From the NCBI GenBank assembly GCA_964016885.1, contig OZ024743.1, positions 238,142,001 to 238,206,000 on the forward strand: a stretch of DNA of 64,000 nucleotides. Reading direction: 5' to 3'. Position numbers and translations under genes: made by a program. Source of the DNA: Eledone cirrhosa. Lineage: Eukaryota. Shown here piece by piece: positions 29,040 to 46,000 of the stretch; positions within the stretch are counted from its first letter, which is position 1; every line of letters begins with the position of its first letter. Under the pieces are notes generated by a model. The model did no database searches and had not been told where the DNA came from. It saw nothing but the letters and a program-made list of their open reading frames with translations.

Positions 29040-30270
29040 TAATTTGTATTCCAATGTTACCAAGTAATTGCATTGGATGGAGTCAACTGACGTCAGAGAT
29101 TGCTCAACGTATAATAAAGTGTGTTTTAAAATCCGGAGAAAATATGGAGAAAAAATTTACGAAATGGAAATGCGGGTATATAGAATTTATTAGGTAACAA
29201 TTGTTTCTATAGTGTATGAGTTACCTATACCTCGCTATTTGAATAATACACAAATATTATCAAAAACCGAAAGTACACTGTAAGCCAACACACCATGTCA
29301 TCAGACCTTTGTATTAGAATGATATGAAAATAGTTTATACACTAGATAAAAGATAAAGAAGGAGGTAGGAAGAGAAGGGGAAGAGGGAAGTGAGTAAGGT
29401 GGAGGGAGTCTTAGGGTCTAAGACTGTCAGACTAGTAGAGATTGTGAAGAGAGAATGTTTTGGCAGCAGTTAGCTTAATGAGGCGTGCTAAGGTTGGCTG
29501 GGAAGTAGACACTTCTAGTGGTGTTGTTCGGACAAAATTTAGTTAGAGGGGTCAAAGTGGTACAATGTCACAGACAAGTTATTAGGGCTATGCATTTTAA
29601 CGTCGGTAAACAAACTTTTGAACAGCAAAATTGAACGTTCTCTATACTGTAACCATCGTTTGAAAACGACTTTTTCTTTTTTTAAATGCATATAATGTTA
29701 CCTTTTTACACCAACGTTTGCAAATTTCTGTCTTATATGTTTATACACTAGATATGGCCTTCTATAATAATAGTACTAAACACTGTTTTTCTGGACCCCT
29801 TTAGAAATAACCTGCTACTATAATAGCCCTAATAACTTGTCTGTGACATTGTACCACTTTGACCCCTCTAACTAAATTTTGTCCGAACAACACCACTAGA
29901 AGTATCTACTTCCCAGCCAACCTTAGCACGCCTCATTAAGCTAACTGCTGCCAAAACATTCTCTCTTCACAATCTCTACTAGTCTGACAGTCTTTGACCC
30001 TAAGACTCCCTCCACCTTACTCACTTCCCTCTTCCCCTTCTCTTCCTACCTCCTTCTTTATCTTTTATCTAGTGTATAAACTATTTTCATATCATTCTAA
30101 TACAAAGGTCTGATGACATGGTGTGTTGGCTTACAGTGTACTTTCGGTTTTTGATAATATTTGTGTATTATTCAAATAGCGAGGTATAGGTAACTCATAC
30201 ACTATAGAAACAATTGTTACCTAATAAATTCTATATACCCGCATTTCCATTTCGTAAATTTTTTCTCTAT
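29040..30270. mobile_element. Inverted pair of PLE pseudo-LTRs (~450-bp arms)
   Basis: ~29145-29591 is the reverse complement of ~29823-30268; HHRs at 30106-30222(+) and 29192-29308(-). Confidence 0.85.
30106..30222 (+). ncRNA. Type I hammerhead with ~90-nt stem II domain
   Basis: aggt-CTGATGA-c atggtgtgt...atacactat a-GAAA-caattg-TT-acct. Confidence 0.75.
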
Positions 30271-30522
30271 ATATATATATATATGTATATGTATATATAT
30301 GTGTGTATATATGTGTGTGTATATATATAATTGAGAACGAATAACCAATTTAGACTTACAACATAATTTTAGTCCGTGCCTTAACAGTTTAGTTTATAGC
30401 AGAATCTACTGAGTCTAAATATTCCCTCAACTTTTTTCGGTTACTGATGGACCAAACATACTGATTAGCATAGCGCTTCGATAATCTTTACCGGGATATA
30501 TATTGGTAAAACCCAGTATAAC

Positions 30523-30615
<93 letters not shown>

Positions 30616-30689
30616 CTTTATCGTGTGGTTGAATATTTTAACTTGTATATTTTATGCTTATATGTATATACACACACACATATATATAG

Positions 30690-31060
30690 GTAATTGTAGA
30701 TTTACTCTGGAGTCAAATGTAAAGTAATGTAAAAGTACTCAATGCCATAGTAGTATTGGTGAATCGCTACTTCTAATTTCTGGTTTCCATTATCATCTCC
30801 ATTGATGCTTGCGTCTGAACCGCCCGCCCTCCACCGCTCCCGACGAACCAACAAGATCACACTTACTCTTAGTTTCGAAGCATCATTGCCTCGCCTCTCC
30901 AAGCTGGCCGAAAGAAAGGTAGAAAACATAATCAGCTAGAAGTAGGGTGAAGTGTACGTCATAGAAATTCTGGTCTCACTGATATCTGTGACGGCAAGAT
31001 TTAGAGATCTGAAATCGTTTAGCAGATGGCTTTGATTCCACACAAACCCATGATGTCTTT
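30690..31060 (-). mobile_element. Degraded LINE AP-endonuclease N-terminal fragment, with a 27-bp tandem repeat at ~31030-31097
   Basis: HLLNDFRSLNLAVTDISETRI resembles the APE motif (D-I-x-x-I-x-E-T); gattccacacaaacccatgatgtcttt x2. Confidence 0.5.
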
Positions 31061-31515
31061 GATTCCACACAAACCCATGATGTCTTTGATTCCACTCCAA
31101 CCATCCTTCTTTCGATTTCATGTTGTTGGTTTGTGAAAGATGGGAAGACCACCAACTTTGTTTAAAGCTTTGTTAATCTAAGATTTTAGGGCCGTTAGTA
31201 CTGGCAGCACCTAAGGTGTCCCTCAAATATCTCCGACTTGGCTTCTTCCTAAAATCCCAGCCGTCACATAGAAACATTTTCAGGAGTTCTGTGTAGACAT
31301 CTGGTGTCGTTTGTATTAGCAGTCTTTTTTGTTTGTAAATTTTATTTCGCGAGCAATTAATATAATTCTGTCCCATCTGTTAGCTTTTTGTGTTTGTGTA
31401 CGAACTCGATTAATTGCAGTGAGTTAATTGTTAATTACTAATATATATAGTATTAGTTATCAATGATATTCATGGTACACTTGGGAGCAGGTGGGGTAGT
31501 TAGGTCAACAGCATT

Positions 31516-31547
<32 letters not shown>

Positions 31548-31552
<5 letters not shown>

Positions 31553-31945
31553 GTGAGTTTTTTTTTACAAAATGAAAAATAACCGAGGTGTCCTACACGA
31601 GTGAAAGTATAAAGAAAAAGAGATGAAATCGAAAATGCAACTGGAGTCTTATTTTTTTTTTAAATATGTATATTTATTTGGTTCCTTTACCGGTTTCGCA
31701 GTTCTTCTGCTTTTCAAAAGGTGAGTTGAGATGAAGGGTCTGTGGTTTTTCTCACATCTGGGTTTTTTTTACAAAATGAAAAATAACCGAGGTGTCCTAC
31801 ATGTGAGAAAAACCACAGACCCTCCATCTCAACTCATCTTTTGAAAGCAGAAGAACTGCGAAACCGGTAAAGGAACCAAATAAATATACATGTTTAAAAA
31901 AAAAATAAGACTCCAGTTGCATTTTCGATTTCATCTCTTTTTCTA
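31548..31945. mobile_element. Solo inverted pLTR pair of the 18262-22860 Neptune-like family
   Basis: 31610-31760 matches 18262-18412 and is inverted at 31801-31945; flanked by (TA)n. Confidence 0.88.
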
Positions 31946-32319
31946 TATATATATATATTACACAAAGAGAAGTGTGTTACACAGTGAGATGTGTGTAAAG
32001 AATTATTACAAGTGAGTTTTAAGGTTGGTAATTTAAAACTCTAATTCACAGATTTGATTCTGACTTAGGTTTTTTCTATTTAATTGCTAAACCTGTAGAT
32101 ATTGTTCTCTATACAGTAACGGTAAAACTGACTTGTAATAATTCTTTACACACATCTCACTGTGTAACACACTTCTCTTTGTGTAATATATTTGCATTTG
32201 AGCTCAGAAGGAACTTCTCTATTCTTCTTTGAGCTAATACTATTATTATTATTACAGTGAACTGCGGAATACTCTTAATTCCGATCTTTGTATACTTAAC
32301 GAGCTCCAAATTGTTTAGC

Positions 32320-35144
<2,825 letters not shown>

Positions 35145-35269
35145 AGAAGCAAAAAATTGCTTATTGTGATCCAGTTTTTGGTTAAGAAAGCCAGTTTCAT
35201 GGATGGTTTCAACGTACGGTTAGGGGTAACTCCACAAGTTTGTAAGAATTCCGTTCAATCTTGGAGATA

Positions 35270-35733
35270 AAGTATAAAAGAAAAAACACAGGTAAGCATT
35301 AAGAGAAGGATTTTATCCAGGTATTTACGACCGTTTCATTGGTAAGTGCAACCTTATATTGCTATACTGCAAATAGCAGCCACTCAATTATAATTGTTGT
35401 TCACAGTCCAAATTTTCAAAATAGTAAGTTACTCTTGAAATAATTCTTAATATATAGAGAATAACATTTATTTGGAATTGTATTTACTAGTATAGAGAGA
35501 GAGGAATCAGGAGGTGAGGGGACAGACGGAATAGTATAGAGAGAGAGGAAGGGGGAAGAGGTAGAAAGTAGAATGACAAACTGAGATGGAGGGAGGGGTA
35601 GAGGTGGAAGGATTCCTTGGTCAGTTTTGATAGCAGACTTCATGTCGTGGAATGTAGTGAGGTAAAGAGAATTAAATTGATCATAGTGGGAGGGAGGGAT
35701 AGAGAGGGAGAGAGAGGGGGGAGATATAAAGAG

Positions 35734-35790
<57 letters not shown>

Positions 35791-36171
35791 GATAAAGATA
35801 ATAATGACAAAAATAAAAGCAAAGAAGGGGGTGAGAAAGAAGAAAAGAAAAGATAGCCAAGAAGGGGAGGGAAGGAAGGAAGAATACGAAGAAATAGAAG
35901 AGGAATGAGGGAGAAGAGGGGGATATATGTATTGGTTTTGTGGGTAATTAAAGTGTTTAGATACAACAAGAGGGTATAAAGTCTAAGTATATGCAGTTTG
36001 TCAGTTGGTAGTAAGAGGTTAAGAGTTCGATTCGTAGTGCGAAAAGTTCTCTTTGAGTCTATGGTTACAATAAATTGATCTCTCAGTATAGCAATATAAG
36101 TTTGCACTTACCAATGAAACGGTCGTAAATACCTGGATAAAATCCTTCTCTTAATGCTTACCTGTGTTTTC

Positions 36172-36180
<9 letters not shown>
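35270..36180 (-). mobile_element. PLE pLTR remnant with short inverted terminal copy and a U3-A8 hammerhead (35322-35423)
   Basis: 35272-35369 is inverted at 36084-36180; minus strand tatt-TTGAAAA-t ttgg...ccaa t-GAAA-cggtcg-TA-aata. Confidence 0.7.
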
Positions 36181-36229
<49 letters not shown>

Positions 36230-36532
36230 AAACAAAATGAAAACGAAATTTCATTTCTCACTCTTAGTATGGCACTTACTTAAATGTAAGTATGCATGTA
36301 TACGTACATACATATATGTATACAGACGTACAGTAGCATGCACATATATATATATATATATACATATATACATACATATGCATACAGGTACACATACATA
36401 TATGCACGTATCAGTTTAGCGGCGCTTATTATAAAGTCGCTTTGTTCGTTTGTAAACAAACTGAACAGCCTGAATTTATGCCATACGGTGTTAAGGCAAC
36501 CACGTCACCTTTTTGTTCAACACTGACACAGG

Positions 36533-36577
36533 AACGATGTACTAGTTTCAAGCTTGTTAGCTATCATCAGCACCGTT
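36533..36577 (-). ncRNA. Hammerhead of the 474-bp monomer (also 37007-37051, 37481-37525, 37955-37999, 38429-38473, 38903-38947)
   Basis: Reverse complement of the 39147-39191 motif. Confidence 0.9.
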
Positions 36578-39065
36578 TACCCATCTGCCAGATAGTTGAA
36601 CGTTCGAAAGTATATACTTTCCTTATGAAAATTAACGGCTGAGCAGCCTAATTTGCATATTGAGTGAGTTAAATCGGTCAGGCATACCGAAAACGATAAA
36701 TTGAAACAAAATGAAAACGAAATTTCATTTCTCACTCTTAGTATGGCACTTACTTAAATGTAAGTATGCATGTATACGTACATACATATATGTATACAGA
36801 CGTACAGTAGCATGCACATATATATATATATATATACATATATACATACATATGCATACAGGTACACATACATATATGCACGTATCAGTTTAGCGGCGCT
36901 TATTATAAAGTCGCTTTGTTCGTTTGTAAACAAACTGAACAGCCTGAATTTATGCCATACGGTGTTAAGGCAACCACGTCACCTTTTTGTTCAACACTGA
37001 CACAGGAACGATGTACTAGTTTCAAGCTTGTTAGCTATCATCAGCACCGTTTACCCATCTGCCAGATAGTTGAACGTTCGAAAGTATATACTTTCCTTAT
37101 GAAAATTAACGGCTGAGCAGCCTAATTTGCATATTGAGTGAGTTAAATCGGTCAGGCATACCGAAAACGATAAATTGAAACAAAATGAAAACGAAATTTC
37201 ATTTCTCACTCTTAGTATGGCACTTACTTAAATGTAAGTATGCATGTATACGTACATACATATATGTATACAGACGTACAGTAGCATGCACATATATATA
37301 TATATATATACATATATACATACATATGCATACAGGTACACATACATATATGCACGTATCAGTTTAGCGGCGCTTATTATAAAGTCGCTTTGTTCGTTTG
37401 TAAACAAACTGAACAGCCTGAATTTATGCCATACGGTGTTAAGGCAACCACGTCACCTTTTTGTTCAACACTGACACAGGAACGATGTACTAGTTTCAAG
37501 CTTGTTAGCTATCATCAGCACCGTTTACCCATCTGCCAGATAGTTGAACGTTCGAAAGTATATACTTTCCTTATGAAAATTAACGGCTGAGCAGCCTAAT
37601 TTGCATATTGAGTGAGTTAAATCGGTCAGGCATACCGAAAACGATAAATTGAAACAAAATGAAAACGAAATTTCATTTCTCACTCTTAGTATGGCACTTA
37701 CTTAAATGTAAGTATGCATGTATACGTACATACATATATGTATACAGACGTACAGTAGCATGCACATATATATATATATATATACATATATACATACATA
37801 TGCATACAGGTACACATACATATATGCACGTATCAGTTTAGCGGCGCTTATTATAAAGTCGCTTTGTTCGTTTGTAAACAAACTGAACAGCCTGAATTTA
37901 TGCCATACGGTGTTAAGGCAACCACGTCACCTTTTTGTTCAACACTGACACAGGAACGATGTACTAGTTTCAAGCTTGTTAGCTATCATCAGCACCGTTT
38001 ACCCATCTGCCAGATAGTTGAACGTTCGAAAGTATATACTTTCCTTATGAAAATTAACGGCTGAGCAGCCTAATTTGCATATTGAGTGAGTTAAATCGGT
38101 CAGGCATACCGAAAACGATAAATTGAAACAAAATGAAAACGAAATTTCATTTCTCACTCTTAGTATGGCACTTACTTAAATGTAAGTATGCATGTATACG
38201 TACATACATATATGTATACAGACGTACAGTAGCATGCACATATATATATATATATATACATATATACATACATATGCATACAGGTACACATACATATATG
38301 CACGTATCAGTTTAGCGGCGCTTATTATAAAGTCGCTTTGTTCGTTTGTAAACAAACTGAACAGCCTGAATTTATGCCATACGGTGTTAAGGCAACCACG
38401 TCACCTTTTTGTTCAACACTGACACAGGAACGATGTACTAGTTTCAAGCTTGTTAGCTATCATCAGCACCGTTTACCCATCTGCCAGATAGTTGAACGTT
38501 CGAAAGTATATACTTTCCTTATGAAAATTAACGGCTGAGCAGCCTAATTTGCATATTGAGTGAGTTAAATCGGTCAGGCATACCGAAAACGATAAATTGA
38601 AACAAAATGAAAACGAAATTTCATTTCTCACTCTTAGTATAGCACTTACTTAAATGTAAGTATGCATGTATACGTACATACATATATGTATACAGACGTA
38701 CAGTAGCATGCACATATATATATATATATATACATATATACATACATATGCATACAGGTACACATACATATATGCACGTATCAGTTTAGCGGCGCTTATT
38801 ATAAAGTCGCTTTGCTCGTTTGTAAACAAACTGAACAGCCTGAATTTATGCCATACGGTGTTAAGGCAACCACGTCACCTTTTTGTTCAACACTGACACA
38901 GGAACGATGTACTAGTTTCAAGCTTGTTAGCTATCATCAGCACCGTTTACCCATCTGCCAGATAGTTGAACGTTCGAAAGTATATACTTTCCTTATGAAA
39001 ATTTCGTTTTCATTTTGTTTCAATTTATCGTTTTCGGTATGCCTGACCGATTTAACTCACTCAAT

Positions 39066-39073
39066 ATGCAAAT
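39066..39073 (+). promoter_or_regulatory. Octamer motif ATGCAAAT, once per 474-bp monomer, ~75 nt upstream of the hammerhead
   Basis: Exact match in context aatATGCAAATtag; function is inferred only. Confidence 0.4.
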
Positions 39074-39146
39074 TAGGCTGCTCAGCCGTTAATTTTCATA
39101 AGGAAAGTATATACTTTCGAACGTTCAACTATCTGGCAGATGGGTA

Positions 39147-39191
39147 AACGGTGCTGATGATAGCTAACAAGCTTGAAACTAGTACATCGTT
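39147..39191 (+). ncRNA. Type I hammerhead of the 474-bp monomer (also 39621-39665, 40095-40139)
   Basis: aacggtg-CTGATGA-t agct aaca agct t-GAAA-ctag-TA-catcgtt; 7-bp stem I, 4-bp stem II, palindromic stem III ACTAGT, GUA cleavage triplet ending at 39184. Confidence 0.9.
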
Positions 39192-40383
39192 CCTGTGTCA
39201 GTGTTGAAAAAAAAGGTGACGTGGTTGCCTTAACACCGTATGGCATAAATTCAGGCTGTTCAGTTTGTTTACAAACGAACAAAGCGACTTTATAATAAGC
39301 GCCGCTAAACTGATACGTGCATATATGTATGTGTACCTGTATGCATATGTATGTATATATGTATATATATATATATATATGTGCATGCTACTGTACGTCT
39401 GTATACATATATGTATGTACGTATACATGCATACTTACATTTAAGTAAGTGCCATACTAAGAGTGAGAAATGAAATTTCGTTTTCATTTTGTTTCAATTT
39501 ATCGTTTTCGGTATGCCTGACCGATTTAACTCACTCAATATGCAAATTAGGCTGCTCAGCCGTTAATTTTCATAAGGAAAGTATATACTTTCGAACGTTC
39601 AACTATCTGGCAGATGGGTAAACGGTGCTGATGATAGCTAACAAGCTTGAAACTAGTACATCGTTCCTGTGTCAGTGTTGAACAAAAAGGTGACGTGGTT
39701 GCCTTAACACCGTATGGCATAAATTCAGGCTGTTCAGTTTGTTTACAAACGAACAAAGCGACTTTATAATAAGCGCCGCTAAACTGATACGTGCATATAT
39801 GTATGTGTACCTGTATGCATATGTATGTATATATGTATATATATATATATATATGTGCATGCTACTGTACGTCTGTATACATATATGTATGTACGTATAC
39901 ATGCATACTTACATTTAAGTAAGTGCCATACTAAGAGTGAGAAATGAAATTTCGTTTTCATTTTGTTTCAATTTATCGTTTTCGGTATGCCTGACCGATT
40001 TAACTCACTCAATATGCAAATTAGGCTGCTCAGCCGTTAATTTTCATAAGGAAAGTATATACTTTCGAACGTTCAACTATCTGGCAGATGGGTAAACGGT
40101 GCTGATGATAGCTAACAAGCTTGAAACTAGTACATCGTTCCTGTGTCAGTGTTGAACAAAAAGGTGACGTGGTTGCCTTAACACCGTATGGCATAAATTC
40201 AGGCTGTTCAGTTTGTTTACAAACGAACAAAGCGACTTTATAATAAGCGCCGCTAAACTGATACGTGCATATATGTATGTGTACCTGTATGCATATGTAT
40301 GTATATATGTATATATATATATATATATGTGCATGCTACTGTACGTCTGTATACATATATGTATGTACGTATACATGCATACT

Positions 40384-41885
<1,502 letters not shown>

Positions 41886-42399
41886 TTACATATATATATA
41901 TATATATGTAAGAATATTTTCGAAACAGCGAGTTGGTTTGAAATTATTAGAAATGTAAGCTATCGCCGAATTTTGACTAAAGAAATTAAAGAAATTATTT
42001 AGCCTGATATGATAGTGGAGTTAAGAACCCTCGGAGAAATGGAAAAAGATGAGTATTGACGTATATATATATATATATATATATATAGTGAAAAGGGAAC
42101 GGGAACAAAACAGAGAGGCAGTATGAACAAAGGTTTATTAGTTTCACGCTCTTGAGAATGGGGGGGGGGATATATTATATATATATATATACATACATAA
42201 ATATCCAATGATATAAATGTATAATAAGACATATCAAACTTTAACAAGCGACAATCTGTATAGAATGTAAGGAAACATAGTTCGTTACAGTTAAAATTTA
42301 ACAAAAATTTATAACATAGATACCTGATGAAAATCCTATATATCTCAGATTGTCTCTTGTTAAAGTTTCATGTCTTATACATTTACCGTATTTCCTGCA

Positions 42400-42820
42400 T
42401 CAGACCAAGTAAAGGAGATCGGAGCAGTATGCGAGAGAATAGCTATGTAAAACATTCACCTCTAGGCCCCTGGGTGTCTACAAACTTCTACAGAAAGAAG
42501 AGAGAGAAGCTAACAGTCTGTTTCATGCTGTTCGGCGATCATCAGAGCCACGGACTCCCTGCTTCCGCCGAAAATTATAGAAGCCGGATTCTTATAGAAT
42601 TCCAGTAATAATCAGGAGCTGATTATACAGATCGATTCACGGTCCAGCAAAAATTAGGTATTAGGATTGGTGCTCTGAAATAGCAATGTATACAGGAATG
42701 TATACTTCTTTCGCCGAAAAGAAGTAAGTGACGTAGTCACTATTTAAAACCGATACGTTATTGTCTTCAAAATGTTTTTAATTAAACATACGGTATATTG
42801 CCAAATATACTATGCATACA
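42400..42820. mobile_element. PLE-type terminal repeat family (also 57665-57855 and 59640-59910) with hammerhead at 42508-42549(-)
   Basis: Shared gtgac.tagtcacta.tt.aaaa..gata.cg.at.gtcttcaaaatgtttttaattaaacatacg; ggct-CTGATGA...GAAA-cagactg-TT-agct. Confidence 0.7.
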
Positions 42821-42914
42821 CTCTGTCTAGCTCTATACCTTGGTACTGACGTGAACGTGTTTAGGTTCACGTCAGTATCAAGGTGTAGAGCTAGACAGAG
42901 TGTAATATAATATA

Positions 42915-43004
<90 letters not shown>

Positions 43005-43010
<6 letters not shown>

Positions 43011-46000
43011 TTTAAGCAAAAAATCGCTGCTTTCACCCTTAACGGGATCTTCTGAAACTAACAAAGTCAATCTGTAAACGCAGAACTGGATATTTCAAAA
43101 AACGTTGCAACCGGAGGAAGACAGGAAGACGATACTTTGGTTCGTGGTAACGTTCGCTGGCAAAAACGTCATTAATAGGAGCGGTGAAAGGCCGAGGTTA
43201 ACTTTGCCTTTCATCCTTACGGAGTCGATAAAATAAAGTACCAGTAATGTACTGGGTAATTGCTGGCCTTGAGCCTAAAATAGAAACAATTAATAGGAGC
43301 GGTGAAAAACAATTACGCGCAAAGACAGAACCACGTTTACCGTATAAAAGAGGTCGTAGACTAATGTTCTCTTAGGTGGTGCATAGAGACGTTCTCTGGC
43401 AATGAACAAAAAAACGAAGATATACATCATATGTGGAGCGTGGAGAACAATAGCACGCAAAGACAAAACCACGTAAATGGTATAGCAGAAGTCGTAGACT
43501 AAAATTCTAACTAGGAGACCAAATGAATCTCCGCTACAGAGTTAAGAACAAAGTAAATAAATACAATACAGAAGTAATAGAAATAAATAAATACATACAC
43601 GCAAACAAATACCTACATAGACAAGCATACGCAAAAACTCACCATAGGTATACAAAACCACGTACATATAAATATGTGTGTGTGTATGCGTGTATACAAA
43701 TAAATAAATAATTATATAAACGTATATAAATAAATAAATACGTATATAACAAGCGCACACACATACCTACATATAAATACACGAATGTTCGGAGACGTAA
43801 GTCAAATAAAACATGAAGTACACATATACACACACCCACCATACGTACGAACCTGCATACTCACACAGACGCAAAACTCCCGTATACACATAGCCAAACC
43901 ATATGTACCAGAATATATAAAATTATACGCTATAACAATCAAATATACGTACGAGAAGGTATACGTACCTTCACAAAACATACGGGAAATATATACTTAC
44001 CTATGCAAATAAGTAAAGGAATAAACAAAACATATACTCCCACATCAAGACGTAAAATATCCACGTATAGATCGTACTATCCGTTAGGGTATAACGTGGG
44101 ACTGTAATACAGGAAAGTTTTGTGCAATTTATGTTTACAAGCCGAAATTGCCTCAGATTTTTTGTTTAAGATGTGTTTTGTGGCGTAGAGTATTTCCAGG
44201 GCCTCGGCGGCGCAGCGGTCACATGGTCTTTTATTTCCGTTATACGATCTAGCCCTAGCTAGGATCTCCCAGTGTAACTTATATTGGGTGTGGTTGTCTT
44301 TTAGACTCCAGATATAAGCAGAAAGTGACGTCATATTCCTTCTTAGTGGGTAACGAAAAGAATGGGTATGCATGTAAAGACGCTGCTTGAAACTATTGGC
44401 GGTTAACCCTATGTAGGCCCTACGGGACGTGGGTGTTACAACCTTACATTTGTTTAAATGTTACTAGAGAGGAATTTCCCGGATAGGGGGCAATCAGCCC
44501 GATTGCTACAATTACAGTTAGTACTAACTACAGGGTTGCACGTGTTCCTACGGCTAGGTAGTTTAGCTAAATTTGAAGCTGTGATGTTATGTGCAAGGAG
44601 TCGTAGAGAAAGAAATTTTAATAGTATTTCTATTAAAAACTTTACTATATTTATGTGTAGGGGGAAAATGCTTCGTAATAAGGGAAAGAAAGATCTTAGC
44701 TAATGGTGTGGCCACCTCTATATTATATGGTGGGTTATACCAACAAATGCGACGGGATCTATTTCTTCTAGGTCTATTTTCGTACTCTGTATATGCTACC
44801 ATATCGACAAATCCACTTCGAGCAAGAGCTTCATTGTAATAAGTGGAATGGTCGTTGAAAATACGCTCGTTGGTGGAAAGACGGGAAAGCCTCAACGAAA
44901 CGTTTCTTACCAGGTTCTTGGTTATGCTGGCAAGATGGTTGGAATGCTTACTTATGTAATTAAGCGTATCATTCGGCTTTCTATACGGGTAATACAACCC
45001 ATTCAATAAATTGAGGGTAACGTCGAGGTAATTAACGACCGAGAGATTGGCCTCAACCTGTATAGAGAGGTTGAAGCCTTTAAAGAAGGCTGTGAGTTCT
45101 TTTCTGAACCTGTCGTAAGCACGAGCTCCGCACTTAGTCATGGTCAAAAGACCATCGGCACGGTACAAACCACCGCCCGCGTTGGGGAATTCGTCCTTGA
45201 TAGAGAAAAGAAGGAAAAGGCCAATAAGATCAGTAACCTCCGCATAGTCACTGGCGCCCATACTCCCGTCGAATGGGGTACTATTGGATTTTTTAATCCA
45301 AGTAGAGTCGTCGAAATTAATCACCGACTTTCGGGCATTGAGGATGACATCAACTTCTAAATCCTTAACCACTGTGAGTGTTTTAGCGAAATTGATAGTT
45401 CTAAGGAGAAGTGGTAAAGTGATGGAGGATAAAACGGCAATGTTCCTTGTTACATATGCCGTTGAATCAATCAATCACCGCGAAAGAATTGTTCCACAGT
45501 GCTAGAGGAGCCAAACTTCTAATTTCAGGTATAATTCTATCAAGAATCGTTTTACTAAGTCTACCTAAATCGGACTTCGTAGGGTTAATAAGCCGAATAG
45601 AGAGGTTGTTCGGAAACTTGGATTTGTGATCCTTCAGGGTAAAGTGGGGAGAAATAGGGTCCAGAGGTTCGGTTCGGTCCAGGATGTTGAGATCAGATGT
45701 GATTTTAAACCCAGCATCGTTGATTTCATTGAAGACGCACCGATTAGTTTTACGGTAATCCTTAGTTACAGCATTATGTAGTAGTTGATGGTAAGTACTG
45801 CGCTCCACATCATTTTCGAAGGGTAGCAATGCTGGGTTCCACGGGGGGTTATTATAAGTTTTAAATCCAAATTTATCCTGTTTGTTGTCTGCTTTTCGCG
45901 GATTATCGAAATAAAAGGCACGCCAACGCAACCTTTTAATGAACCCGTCTGTTTTCTGTATCAGGAGTTTTAAGTATGTTTTCCTGCTTGGTACGGGTAT

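Larger units (their letters stand above)
36226..40388. mobile_element. 474-bp tandem array with one hammerhead per monomer (non-LTR retrozyme-like): ~5.9 units in one orientation and ~2.9 inverted
   Basis: Units start at 36227, 36701, 37175, 37649, 38123, 38597; inversion at 38999-39003; only three substitutions noticed; (TA)n on both flanks. Confidence 0.9.

Noticed and set aside
36237-36642. Three small ORFs (60, 76, 66 aa) repeated in each 474-bp monomer
   Set aside because: Overlapping, partly microsatellite-derived, antisense to the HHR, and one is broken by a stop in unit 6; no recognisable motif
36226-40388. CRISPR array, 5S/tRNA/snRNA gene cluster, or viroid-like element with ribozymes on both strands
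   Set aside because: No variable spacers, no recognisable structural RNA gene, and no HHR core found on the opposite strand of the monomer
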